Source: Leucoraja ocellata
Taxonomy: Eukaryota
Length of the DNA stretch: 64,000 nucleotides
Direction of reading: 5' to 3'
Assembly: GCA_036785375.1 (NCBI GenBank)
Contig: JAWMAR010000882.1
Location: 186,001 to 250,000 of the forward strand
The position numbers and the translations under genes are program-made. Position 1 is the stretch's first letter. Every line of letters begins with the position of its first letter. Under the pieces are notes generated by a model. The model had not been told where the DNA came from, did no database searches, and saw only the letters and a list, made by a program, of their open reading frames with translations. This document shows positions 49,371-61,804 of this stretch, one piece after another.

Positions 49371-49688
49371 TCAACATCCCAGGCTACTCATTGCACCAAT
49401 TCTATCCAGCTTCATTCCAAAGCAGCCTCGAGATGACCCTTTCTTACTTCTGCTCCTGGATCTGAGAGGACCGTTGGCAATGTCTTGGAGGATTCTAAGC
49501 AGGGAACCATCAGAAACGGTGTGTCTGCTTTCGAGGTCCTGCGAGTCCCTGTCCCATCCTCGTTCCAGTTCACGTTGGCCATCTTGCAGGTGGAAGGAGG
49601 TGTCGATTGGTGATGTGTCGTCTGCTTCGGCTTCGGCTTCTTCATCAGTCAGAAAGCGCTCAACTTCCTCCAGTCGTTGAGTCAAATC
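49371..49688 (-). CDS. CNP-like gene B exon 2: DLTQRLEEVERFLTDEEAEAEADD...PLRSRSRSKKGSSRGCFGMKLDRIGAMSSLGC-stop
   Basis: Acceptor TTTGCAG| at 49689/49688; 318 nt in frame; natriuretic ring with no C-terminal tail; donor GTAAG 14 nt after the stop. Confidence 0.95.
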   Translation of the reverse strand, partial: DLTQRLEEVERFLTDEEAEAEADDTSPIDTSFHLQDGQRELERGWDRDSQDLESRHTVSDGSLLRILQDIANGPLRSRSRSKKGSSRGCFGMKLDRIGAMSSLGC

Positions 49689-50695
49689 CTGCAAATCACA
49701 GGAATGAGGAGAGTCAACTTCGTAAACTTCCAAGTACATGTTAAACAACCTGAACTAAGAGCATGAAAACAAATTAAAGAGCTGGATATGTAATCATGAC
49801 AGAACAATGTAGGGCGGGTCTGTTGAAATATATCTATCAAATGCGGCATTCCCACTACCATGTAGTTGTGTTCTATATGGATTTTTAATGACCGCCAATG
49901 TAGAACTTTTTAAATAAGACTTTTTATAAGAAGATATTCATCTTAAATTGATGCTATCCCTATTTTGGATAGGACATGTAATATGTCGAAATCGTCTCAA
50001 AATTTCTTCTTTTTTCAAATTCGGTTGTTAATCACGATTGAGAAAGGACTGTTTTCACCTGACGGCCAAACTTATAGTTCAGCTCTGGTTAAATGATAAG
50101 TACATGCCGTGATACTCAAAGATAAACGTGGGCCAGCGCGTCTCTTGTCGCGGGAGAGTCATTCTGACCCATTCTTTGTAATGAGAACTGGTCCTTGACT
50201 TCTGACTGAAGAATTGACAATGACATCTTTTACTGAAAATACCAAAGAGTATTTCTGGCTATAACTTTTTGTTTGGGTGGAAAGTAGGTGTTCACACGTA
50301 CAGCGGGCAGTGCAAAGCCCGCGATCTCTCGAAGGAGCACGGTGCCACAGCAGTACCGGGTAGATTGTGCTGAAATCTGACAATACTTGTCAATAAGACC
50401 GCAGTTTTCTCACCGTAGACTGAGCATTACATAGCTCAATGCTCTGCTCGGACCCCAGCGCTGGTGACACAGCCTTCAAGCTCCTTCACCCAGACGCTGG
50501 CCAGTGAGATAACAATCACAGTAATCCCTCCAGATCTTTGGCGAATATTGAAAACATTGCATAAAATTGCAGTTAGTTCAATGCTAAATAGCAGTGGCTG
50601 CGCGGTCCACGTTTTACCATGGCACAAGGCTCAAAGCGAAAGAGCGAATATTACGAGCAGTGATTCCTATAGCAGGAGTGAGAGCTCTCTCTTAC

Positions 50696-50785
50696 CTGGA
50701 GGTTTTGCTGGGCACTGGGTCTAGCGTGGACCTGGAGGAGAAATGCAAGCAGGAGCCCGCAGCAGTGAGCTGTGTAGATGCCCAT
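50696..50785 (-). CDS. CNP-like gene B exon 1: MGIYTAHCCGLLLAFLLQVHARPSAQQNLQ
   Basis: ATG in strong Kozak context (AAGATGG); 90 nt like gene A exon 1; signal peptide VHA|RP; donor CAG|GTAAG. Confidence 0.9.
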
Positions 50786-50884
50786 CTTCTATCTATCTAT
50801 CTGCTTTCTTGTCGATACCTCGTCTGTTCGCCTTCGATCTTCTCTCCCTCAGGGATCGGTTTCTGACTCCAGTTCTTTTCCCGA

Positions 50885-51001
50885 GACTTTTATCCTTCCC
50901 GGGCCGACGTCACGTGGCCGAGGATTGTTATCCCAGAATTAAATCAGTCTCTTTCCGTCACTGACGAGAGATAAAGGGTTAGGAGAAATTGCCTTATAAG
51001 T
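50885..51001 (-). promoter_or_regulatory. Proximal promoter of CNP-like gene B
   Basis: GATAAA at the TATA position 50894-50889; CRE-like TGACGTCG 50912-50905 overlapping E-box CACGTG 50911-50916; GATA sites 50928-50932 and 50969-50974; near-CArG CCTTATAAGT 50992-51001. Confidence 0.65.
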
Positions 51002-52294
51002 TCCAGCTATGCAAAGTATTCACTATCCGAGATGTTTTGCTCACACCGGTAGTAAGTGCATGATTGAGTAAGTATGCATGTGGATCTGGCAAAGGATTTC
51101 ATAACATTTAATACAAATAGTTGAACAACAGATCCCATTACAGCAAACAATTCCAAAGTTGCGTTTCTGGTCTCTTTGACAGTTAAAATAAATTATAAAT
51201 TCAATTTAGGGAAATATTTTAGTGAAATGTGGAGTTCCAAGGATGATAAGTAACAATTAACAATTTTAGAGTTGAGTGCGTTGGCAAATGACAATTCAGG
51301 TTCAGAACCGGTTACAAGCTAGAATGTAGAGCCTGCTATTGCAAGCTGAACCTGCCAGAAGTGGTTGGGGGGGGGGGGGGGGGGGGGGGGTTATGCTTAG
51401 ATGAAGACATAGACGGAAAAGGAAGAAAAACAAACCATTCAAAGTAAAAAGAGTTATAAAATCGGAGCAATAGAAGGTGGATGAGAAAAAATAATCTGGA
51501 AGTTAATAAGAAGTTTCCCACCCTGCTGCAGCTACTCTGGTGTGTGATGTTTGTCAGAAAATGTTTGATAAAAAAAACATGATTCAACGTTATTTGTAAT
51601 TGGGAATCAGTAAACAATATTTATTTGAAGATTTGGAGGATAGGAACAGTGCTGTGCATTTAAAAAAAAAAATGAAATGATTCAATTTATTGTCATTGTC
51701 AGTGTACAGTACAGAGACAACGAAATGCATTTTTAGCATCTCCCTTGAAAGGGAGACACAGGGCGTCGCGGTGTGCCCGCGCCTGCCGCCGTACATTCCA
51801 TTACAGGCAAAGGTGGGTGAAGTGTCTTGCCCAAGGACACAACGACAGTATGCACTCCAAGCGGGATTTGAACCGGCTACCTTCCGGTCACCAGCCGAAC
51901 TCCTAGCCCATTGTGCTATCTGTCGCCTTTTAGAATCTTCCGTCTATTTCAGCAGAAAATTAAATTATAGCCTAACTTCAGAAATTTGCTTTTGTCTCAT
52001 GTCCAATGTAGAATAACAGTTTTTCTACATTGGACATGAGAACTTTGGATGGATATCTGCAATGTTCTCATTTAATACATACATTCCGGGGATGGAAACA
52101 CATAGTCCTTGGGACCAATACACATGAATGCTATTATTGCCTTCATTTCTGTAATTTTGCTGATATTCATTTTGGTGAGCCTCTGTCTGTCTCTAATCTC
52201 ACTTGATTCCTGTTTTGCTGTAAATATTGGCTCAACATATTTCACTTTCTTTTCAATATTCACATTATTACTTTTTATAGGATTGCATTTTTTA

Positions 52295-54205
52295 GTTTAG
52301 TGTATTATTGTCACATGTACCAAGGGACAATGAAAAGTTTATGTTTGCGTGCTACGCACTGAAAGGAAAGACTATACATGGCTATACATGATTACATTCA
52401 AGTCATCCACAGTGCACAGATAAAGGATACAACATCTAGTGCAAGATAAAGCTCGGTTAAAGATAGTTAAACATTCTCCAGAGGTAGATGGGAAGTCAGG
52501 ACCACAATCTATCTGATGAGAGGACCACTCAGTTGCTTGATAACAGCTAGGAAGAACCAGTCCCTGAATCTGGAGAGATGCATTTTCAAACTGCTGTACC
52601 TCCCACCCAATGGGAGATGGGAGAAGAGGGAGTGACTGGGGTGTGACTAGTCCTTGATTATGCTGGTGGCCTAGCCGAGGCAGCATGAGGTGCAGATGGA
52701 GTCAATGCCAAGGAGATTGGTTTGGGTGATGGTCTAGGCTATGTCCACAACTCTCTGCAATAGCTTGGGGTCTTGGATGGTGTTGTTCCCAAAACATCCC
52801 GATAAAAAGCTATCTACGGTTTATCTGTAGAAGTTAGTTAAGGTTATTGGGGACATGCCGAACTTCCTAAGCCGTCACAGAAAGTATAGATGTTGGTGTG
52901 GTGGGAGAGGCGTTGGTGTGCTGTTTGAAGTGTCCGTGTGAAGTATTTTTCTACTAAGTATTCAATAAAAAGTATTAATTTTTATACTCATTTTTTCGCG
53001 ATTGTCTTTTTTATTCTCTCTAATTATTCCTCATATCTTCACCAGTCATCAAGATCTAACATAGATGTACCAAATTTTTCTTATTAACCAATTTGCCTTA
53101 TGTATCTTGACCACATTGCATCGTAATAAATGTGAGATGACTTTGACTGAATGTTCGTTGTAGGTTTATTATAGTCACGAGTACCGATTTACAGCAAAAG
53201 GTTTTGCACCCTATCCAAACAGATCAGATAATACTATACATAAATACAATTTAGTTAAACTCATGTACAATAGATCAAGCAAAGGGGAAGATACAGAGTG
53301 CAGAGTATAGTCCTCACTATTGTAGCACATCAGTTCATAGACAAAGTCCAATGTCCATAATGGGGTAGAGGAGAATTGGTCAGTGCTGTATGGAAGGAAC
53401 GTTGAGATGCCTGATAACAGAGGGGAAGACGCTGTTCCTCAGTCTGGTGTTGTGTTCTTTCAAGCTTTTGTGTTGGCATTTTTCCTCTGCAGTGTGAAGT
53501 GCAGACGCAGGCAATGGTCGGATGTCTGGTCTAGACTAGGCTACAACTCTCTGCAATTCCTTGCAGTCTTGAGCAGAGCTGTTCTTCAAACAAGCTGTGA
53601 TGTAACCCGACAGAATGCTTTCTATAAAAAAGAAAGGCCTGAAGAAGGGTCTCCACCTGAAACACCACCTATCCATGTTGTCTAGATATGCTGCCTGATA
53701 TGCTGAGTTTCTCCAGCACTTTGTGTCTTTTTGGGTAAACCAGCAACTGCAGTTCCTTGTTTCTACAAAATGCTTTCCATGTTGCATATGTAGAAGTTGG
53801 TAACAGTCATTGGAGACATGCCGAATTTCCCCAGTCTCCTGAGAATGTAGAGGTGTTGGCTGCCACATCAATGTGGTTGATCCACGACAGATCATTGGCA
53901 ATATTAACAGTAAGGAATGTGAAGCTAGCTCTCAAGTAGTTCCACTTAGGCACCATTGATACTAATTCGAACATTCTTCCTGAAGTCAATAACTAGCACT
54001 TTCATCTTGCTGACATTCAGGGAGAGGTTATTGCCCTGACACCATGTTACTAAGTTCTCTATCTCCCTCCTGTACTCTGTCTTGTCATTGTTTGTGATTC
54101 GGCCACCACCGTGGTGTCATCTGCAAACTTGAAGATGGAGTTAAAGCCAAATTTGACTCTACAATTCTGAGTGTATAGGGAGTATAGTAGGGGACTGAGA
54201 ATGCA
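52295..54205 (-). mobile_element. Cluster of decayed Rex1/Babar-type LINE fragments with an inserted Penelope fragment (about 53636-53765)
   Basis: FLTVNIANDLSWINHID, ESILSGYITAC, LQRVV motifs; LINE-type tails. Confidence 0.7.
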
Positions 54206-57200
54206 TGCTTGCACTAAAAATTGAGTGGGGAGAGCCTAAAGATGTCTGTGAATACCTCTGCCAGCTGATCCTCATGGATCCTGAGTACACGGCCAGGGAC
54301 TGTAACTTTAGTAGCTGGCATAAACGTATTTCTATAAAAAGGAATTACAGAATTATACTGTCAAAGAATGAATCTCGCCTGGTTTCCACCCTCCTTAGTT
54401 GGTCCTCAGACATAGTGAATGAATTTTGGGGGTTAAGAATTCCAGGTGTTCAGTGTTTACTGAGTACAAGATGCTGCAGCATCTTCAACTATACTTAGAC
54501 ATGGGAAACTTGCAGATTACATTCACTTCACAGGGGTTTAGGACTGCAGAATGGGGAAAGTACTTTTTTAATAAATATGTAGTTTAATATCAGAAAGATT
54601 TCCATTTTTTAATATTTTAATTGTATTTTTAATTTTTAATTAAAAAACATTCTGAAAAATAAATTGAAACATTTCCGGGTCATAGATATTTAAAGTCTAT
54701 TTATAAACCTTTTGGCTCTGACTGAAAGGCTGGTCCCTTCAACTTTCACCTTTTCACAAGTTCACAAGTTATAGGAGAAGAATTAGGCCATTCGGCCCAT
54801 TGAGTCTACTCCGCCATTCAATCATGGCTGATCTCTGCCTCCTAATCCCATTTTCCTGTCTTCACCCCATAACCCTTGATATCTATTCTAATCAAGAATT
54901 TGTCAATCTCTGCCTTAAAAATATCAACTGACTTGGCCTCCACAGCCCTCTGTGGTAAGGAGTTCCACAATTTTATCAATGTCAGTGTGGATGTTGGGAA
55001 TGATGCCTGGTGCTACAGGCAATCCCCTTCATCCTGGTCTTCCTCCAGATGGACCAGGTGTATTTGGCATGTTGTGTAAGAAGGAATTGCAGATGCTGGT
55101 TTAAACCGAAGATAGACACAAAAAGCTGGAGTAACTCAGCGGGACAGGCAGCATCTCTGGAGAGAAGGAATGGGTGCGTTTTTGGACGTGAACCTTCAGC
55201 ATGTTGACTGATCTCAATCCCCATTTAGTGGAGTGATGGTCCATCCCGAGTAATTTATTTGCCGACAATCCCTGTTTCTCCATTTCAGGGGAGGAGAAAA
55301 ACAAAGAAGCCACAAGTGTAAGATAATCACCATGAAATGCAAAGGGAATGCAGAAAAATACTCTCAACCTAAAGACTCATAATAATTTGGAACTCAAGTC
55401 CACAAGTGTTGGGAGGGATATGAGGGAATCGACAGGTGAGATATGGATAATGTGAAGGCAAATGAGATTAGTTTATCTTGGCAGTATGTTCGGCATAGAC
55501 ATTGTAGGCCAAAGAGCTATGCCTGTGCTATACTTTTCAATGGTCTATGATGGAGATGAATTACATAAATGCATTTATAGGGAAGTTGCAGAGTGTGTAG
55601 GAGTGAAGAAAAAAAATGATTCTATTGCTATTGCTAGATGAGGAATGTTGGGATGAATGTTGAACATAAATTGGATTGATCGATACACACAGACTACACT
55701 GAGCTATATTTCCTGCATAAATTGTGTAATTATATTAGCTATCGCTTAATTAACTGATAGAAATTAAATACATTGCTGATAAAAGAAAATCCTTTTCACT
55801 CACAGGAATTGAAATATCCAGTACTTGTAATTCCTTTAAAATGGCACGGGTGCTTAAATGATCTAATGAATCAAATTAAGTAACTTTAAATTAACAGGGA
55901 ATGGGTATTAGAAATTTGAACCACATAAATACGATTATTTTTTCGTATAAAATGCAGCTTGGCACATAAATCTGTGCGATGGTGAGTTATTTGTCATATG
56001 AAATGTGATATGCGGAGGAAAGGAATATGTATTAGTTGTACTGCCTAACATAGATAATAGCATGAATTTTACCAACATTTTAAATAACAATATAAAAAAA
56101 AAACAAGCCACGCATTTACAAATTCTAATATACAAAGCTGCATCTCACAGATACAATTTTTTATTGCTAATCTTCAAAGAGGTTAAATTGTGGAGGTTAA
56201 AATGTGGTATCCATGTAAATAATGGAACATTTCCCATAACAAAAATTCTCCAGCTGTTGTTCCGGAGAGCTTCTTGAATTTTGATAGTGTGTAGGTTGAT
56301 GCTGTTAGTTGTATCCTTTGGATCTCACTAAGTGGTCAGACACTAAATGCACATAACTGCTCAATTGCTGTGCTAGTGATATAATTACAGTACATTTGCT
56401 CAGGAACACTAGAAAAATGTAGTGCCTATTTAATTCAAAGGTCGGAGTAAACAGAAATATCAGAAAGCCAACTCATAATTTCAGCATTCTCAGAAACATG
56501 TATGTTTTGCTGTGTTGCATCTACACAAAAAATCTGCAATCATTATAATAATAATAAATAGCAGAATAATTTAACAACCTGTAATGGCTGTTCCAAAAGA
56601 CTATTGTCTATTTTTCATATGATCTCTGGCGATTTTGATAATAGCTTTTCATAATATGTGCAAAATCCAGCTTGATGTCACAATACTTACAGTAGGTTTA
56701 TCACAGTGTGGTATAATGTACAGCTCACAGTGTGCCTGATCTAATCCCATCTACCAAGAGAAATTCAAAAGCCATCAATGTATTTGAAAAAGTCAAATGT
56801 ATCTGACTTAATTTTGTCTTGAACTTTGATTTGTTTTATGTACTCCACGGTTATAAAAATGAATAATGGCCATGGTTACATTAATTTGATTTATCACCTT
56901 CATTAACTTATTGTTATCCTGATTTCCTTATGCTTTAGGGTTTCACACCAATGAACAAAATCTTGTAACAATTTCCATTGTTACAAGAAATGACTTTCTC
57001 CTTTTCTTAATATTCACAATACAGGACCTAGAACAGTTCATGATTAATGTACCAATTATGCTGCCAGCTTGTCTTTTTACATTACAATCAACTTTATTTT
57101 CTCTTTCTAAACAATTTTGACTAGGTTCCTTCATTTACCAACTTTTATTTTATTTTATTTAGATACAAGCATTTCCAGTAAGCCTAACATTTGTTGTCCA

Positions 57201-59339
57201 TCCACAACAGACTTAAAAAAAGTCCTGACATCGTGTTAAAGTAATGTTATCCCTGAAGTAAAGATATTCTAATGTTGCTGTTGGGCATAGAGTTCCAAGA
57301 TTTTGATCCAGTGATGGAGGAGTAGTGATATATATTGTATCCACAACAAGAAGATGGAGGAAAGTTGGAAGTTGTGATGTTCCACTCTGGAGCCTAGCTG
57401 TCAACCTACGCAGGGGGCCCAACTATAGATGATGGATTGGGTAGGCGTTGAATAAAGTACTAAGTTCTTGACCTCAGGTGAGATTGGGCTGGATGTGCTT
57501 TCCATAAAAAATGAATCACCACTGTTTACCTCATGGTTGGGTGTCATTATGATCAGCCATGATCACATTGAATTGCGGTGCTGGCTTGAAGGGCCGAATG
57601 GCCTACTCCTGCACCTACTGTCTATTGTCTATTCTATCAGGTGTATCCAGGATAGGGGAATCTCCACAGAGGTGTGACTGGTTCTGCAGCATAAGCCTTC
57701 AGTACAATGACCAAGATGTTATCAGGACCTCATATTTGACAGCCTGGCATCAGATTTCACTGAGCTTTCATGGGTGACCACTAATGTGGAATTGTTTTAA
57801 CTACTTATTGACTTTCTTGGATTTTAACCATGAAATGTCACATCAGTTAACATAGATTACTCCACAAATAATTCTACTAAATTGCAAACTTGCTATTTCA
57901 TTTGACCTCTACTCTGTTTAGATGTGCATCAATGGCATCACATGAGAATCATTTTGATCCAATACCTTTGTGATCATTCCACAAGTTTTCTAATTGCATG
58001 TCCTCCTGAAAATATAGCAGACTTATATATACAGTACTTCCAAAAAAATGCTTAAGGGAAAGAGATTTAAGGCATCTAGTCCAAGTACCTAATTTGCATT
58101 TAATTTCCAGAACTCCTTCTGCAAAATTGCTTTATTGTTGATTATTGAATTAAAATGATGGGATTCAGTTTTTCTTGTTCATTAGAATGATTAACATTAT
58201 CAGCAAGCTCTGCGCCACAAAGAATGCCGTTGATTTCAAAATCAGTTTAATAATGGAGCAAATAATTAGCTGTCTTGTGAGTTATTACAAGCTCTGGTTA
58301 ATTACTGCAGTTTCCTGTGTTCACTTTAATAAGTGGTGTTTTTAAAGTCTAAACCTGACTTTCTAAGCAGCTGGAAATATTTTAATTAAACTTTTAATAA
58401 TCAAAAACAAGTTCATTAAATTTGAATAATTATTTCTGGATTAAAATTATTTATTCACCTTTATTATGTATGATAATAATAGTCAAACATAATTTTCTGA
58501 ATCAAACACATTGATGATTTAGGGAGAGAATCAATTATTTTAATAGTATTTGGGAAGTCTCCAAGAGTTAGGAGATGGCTTTCCATGAATCATGAGCAGG
58601 GAGAACTAATACACCGTCACTTTTTCATTAAACTTCAATTACTGAGATATGTTGGCTTATTTGCACAAAAATGAATGGATTGCATCTTCAATTCTCAGGT
58701 TACAGTTATCTTGCAGCATGTTTAGTAATTAATGGTGCACTTGGACTGAAGCTAAAATGGACTGTTGTGTTGTATTATGTGGTGTGGTGCTTTTGTCCAG
58801 GTCCTGCTTCCAGCTTACATCAAATCTTTTACCAGCTCAAGCAATAGGTGGGGGACATAATTAAGTACTTACGTTCCAGGACTTGAAATTGTTCTAAAGG
58901 ATTTTGAGCCAAATAACTTATTTGGACAGATACATGGAAATGGGCCAAAGGCGGGCAAATAGCTTAGATCACCATCATGGTCAGTGTGGACAAGTTGGGC
59001 TGCAGGGCCTGTTTCTGTGCTGAATTACTCCATAACTAAATGAATTTATTACTTATCGTCTCATCTATTTGACAGCTCGGCTAGCACAGTTTTTGTTACA
59101 CAAATTGGAAAATAGTAATCTGAAACAGAAAGAATGGTTGTAGCAGAACAAAGCTTAAGACAAAGATTTTAAAATAACTAAAGCTCGCCAGGCATCAATG
59201 AATGCTGCATTTCTGCAAGGGTGCTTTGAGCATATTTTTGAGTCTTTTCCTTCGTTTGCCTAATAATCTCAACCCGTGACAGGGCTTGATTGGAGTTTAC
59301 GATTCGAGAGAATGTTGTTAGCATGGTAAGCATTCTAGC

Positions 59340-59856
59340 GGGTGGCTTGCTTTGGGAACAGCTCCATCAATGACCACAAACAATTGCATCAAATTGTGGA
59401 CGCAGCCCAGACCATCACACAAACCAACCTCCTTTCCATTTACTCCACTTATACCTCACGCTGCCTCGGCAAGGCCAGCAGCATAATCAAGGACGAGTCA
59501 CACCCTGGGCCTCTCCTCGCCTCGCCCATCGGACAAAAGGTGCAGAAGTGTGAAAACGGACACCTTCAGATTCTGGGACAGTTTCGTCCCAGCTGTTATC
59601 AGGCAACTGAATCATCCTACCACAACCAGAGAGCAGTCCTGGACTACTATCTACCTCCTTGGAGACACTCGGACTATCTTTGATTGGACTTTACTGGCTT
59701 TACCTTGAACTAAACGTTATTCCCTTATCATGTATCTATATACTGTAATTGGCTCGATTGTAATCATGTATTGTCTTTCAGCTGAATGGTTAGCATGCAA
59801 CAAAAGCTTTTCACTCTACCTCGGTACATGTGACAATAAACTAAACTGAACTGAAA
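59340..59856 (+). mobile_element. Rex1/Babar-type LINE 3' fragment
   Basis: ACFGNSS..DHKQLHQIVDAAQTIT..SRCLGKASSIIKDESHPG; tail gtgacaataaactaaactgaactga. Confidence 0.8.
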
Positions 59857-60648
59857 CTGGTAGAGGAGATTAGTGTTAGTTTACTTATCCTTCCAGTGCG
59901 GAACTTTGCAGAGAACTCATTGGTGGCATTTGTCCAATGGACTGAAGGCCTGGGGTGTAACAGCAGAGAAGAACCATACTGTGATATATTGAACAAAACA
60001 GTATAATTCTGATTCGACTAACCTTTCTTTGACCCATCAGATCTAACTGCCAACATGAGATACCTGTTCACCAACTTCCTTTCTTGGGAGAGATCTTTCT
60101 GGCCCCATCAGATGACTGGGCTTTTCCACAGATATTTACTGACCCGCTAAAGATTTTCTAGGTTTTGTTTCAGAATTAAAGCATCTGCAGTTTTTACATT
60201 TAATAGAACGTTCCCAGGGATGCGCAACTTCTGCTATGTAGATAGACTGGAGAAGCTGGGAATGTTTTCCCAAAAGCAGAGAAGGTTGAATGCTGGTTAG
60301 AGGCACAGGTAGTTATAATCATGAAGGGCCTTGGCAGGATAAAAAGTGCTAAGGTAGACAAAAATGCTTCAAACCATCATGTAATTAGCTCACATATTCA
60401 GGCAATATCATCTTCCTTTAGAAGGTTATCTAATTGAAATGTTAAGATGATTAAAGTTCAAAGGTTAGACAGAGAGAGAAATAATTTCCTTGGTTCTTAA
60501 TATGCAGAAATTCGACAACACTAATCCACAATCTCAGCCACGATTATCTTCTATGGACTATGTTTTCGATTTCTCTACCGTCTTCGGTTTTGGTCTATTA
60601 TGGTTACATTACATTACTGTTATCAATTTATTGTATTATTGATTATAG

Positions 60649-60825
60649 TGTAGTGACGCCTGCTGGCGCACGCAGGTATCGAACCCGGCGTTCGGAGGCC
60701 GCAGTCACGTGACTCGGGAGGGGCTGCTTGTTTTCACACGGCAGTTCAGCACTGACCAGACGTGTCAAGAGAGCCTGTAATCTGAATTTGTTTAACAATT
60801 CAGTGTCGTTCTTGCGACCACCAAA
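60649..60825. mobile_element. Putative solo LTR (Gypsy-like)
   Basis: Starts TGTAGTG, ends CACCAAA (imperfect inverse), flanked by 4-bp duplication ATAG; CpG-rich within an AT-rich LINE tail. Confidence 0.5.
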
Positions 60826-60860
60826 ATAGTATATTTATTTGCGTGTTATTACATTAATGG

Positions 60861-61110
60861 ACATGGGGGGCACGGTATGGTGGAGACGCCCCTCAAATTA
60901 AATTAAGGGAAGGTATCCCATGCCAGGGGGCCACAGAGTGGCACGGGTGGGGGACTGTTTGGTGAAATTTGAAAAATGTAAAAAAAATTGTACTGAAAAA
61001 ACTTGTATAGTCTCCGAAAATGTCGGATGAATTTTGTTTGTTTGAATGGTTCAGGAATTGTACATATTTATCAATGAATAAAGTCTATTTTGAAATAAAA
61101 AAAAAAAAAA
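60861..61110 (+). mobile_element. 5'-truncated poly(A)-tailed retroinsertion (L1/Tx1-like)
   Basis: AATAAA plus A-run at the 3' end; perfect 16-bp TSD GTTATTACATTAATGG (60845-60860, 61111-61126). Confidence 0.8.
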
Positions 61111-61620
61111 GTTATTACATTAATGGCCTTGTTAAGCTGCAGTAAGTAAGGGATTTCATTGTTCCGTTGCAGGTACATATGACTCTTGCCTTGACTTGTC
61201 TCTTTATTTTCTCTTGACATAAACTTACAACTGAAGCCGGGCTATTCAGTGTTGATATCACAAGCATTCCTCCTCAGAAAACCAGTCGAAATTTGCAACT
61301 TTCTTCCCGAAACAATACATTTGCAAGCTGGAGGTCTATCAAAACTGAATTGGATAGAAGTTTGACACAAAATGCTGGAGTAACTTCAGTTTCAGTCTAA
61401 AGAAGGGTCTCGACCCAAAACATCACCCATTCCTTCTCTCCAGAGAAGCTGCCTGTCCCGCTGAGTTACTCCAGCATTTTGTGTCCACCTTCGATTTAAA
61501 CCAGCATCTGCAGTTCCTCCCCTCGCATTATGTCTGAGGAATTATTGCACTACACTTCATTTCACACATCAGTAATTCAGCATTAATGGGATGAAGTAAA
61601 GTGAACTTACAGTAAATTAT

Positions 61621-61804
61621 TTAAGAAGGAACTGCAGATGCTGAAAAATCAAAGGTAGACAAAAATGCTGGAGAAACTCAGCGGGTGAGGCAGCATCTAT
61701 GGAGCGAAGGAAATAGGCAACGTTTCGGCACGAAACGTTGCCTATTTCCTTCGCTCCATAGATGCTGCCTCGCCCGCTGAGTTTCTCCAGCATTTTTGTC
61801 TACT
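61621..61804. mobile_element. Palindromic Penelope-derived element with 14-bp target-site duplication
   Basis: Stem 61655-61803 with 3-nt loop; TTACAGTAAATTAT at 61607-61620 and 61805-61818. Confidence 0.85.

Noticed and set aside
49368-49373. Stop-codon readthrough giving gene B a BNP-like tail
   Set aside because: Context is TGA-TCG, not the TGA-CTAG readthrough motif; no supporting evidence.
49689-49748. ORF-track N-terminus MFNMYLEVYEVDSPHSCDLQ for the CNP ORF
   Set aside because: Intronic read-through; it lacks a signal peptide, and a proper acceptor at 49689 joins to exon 1 at 50696-50785.
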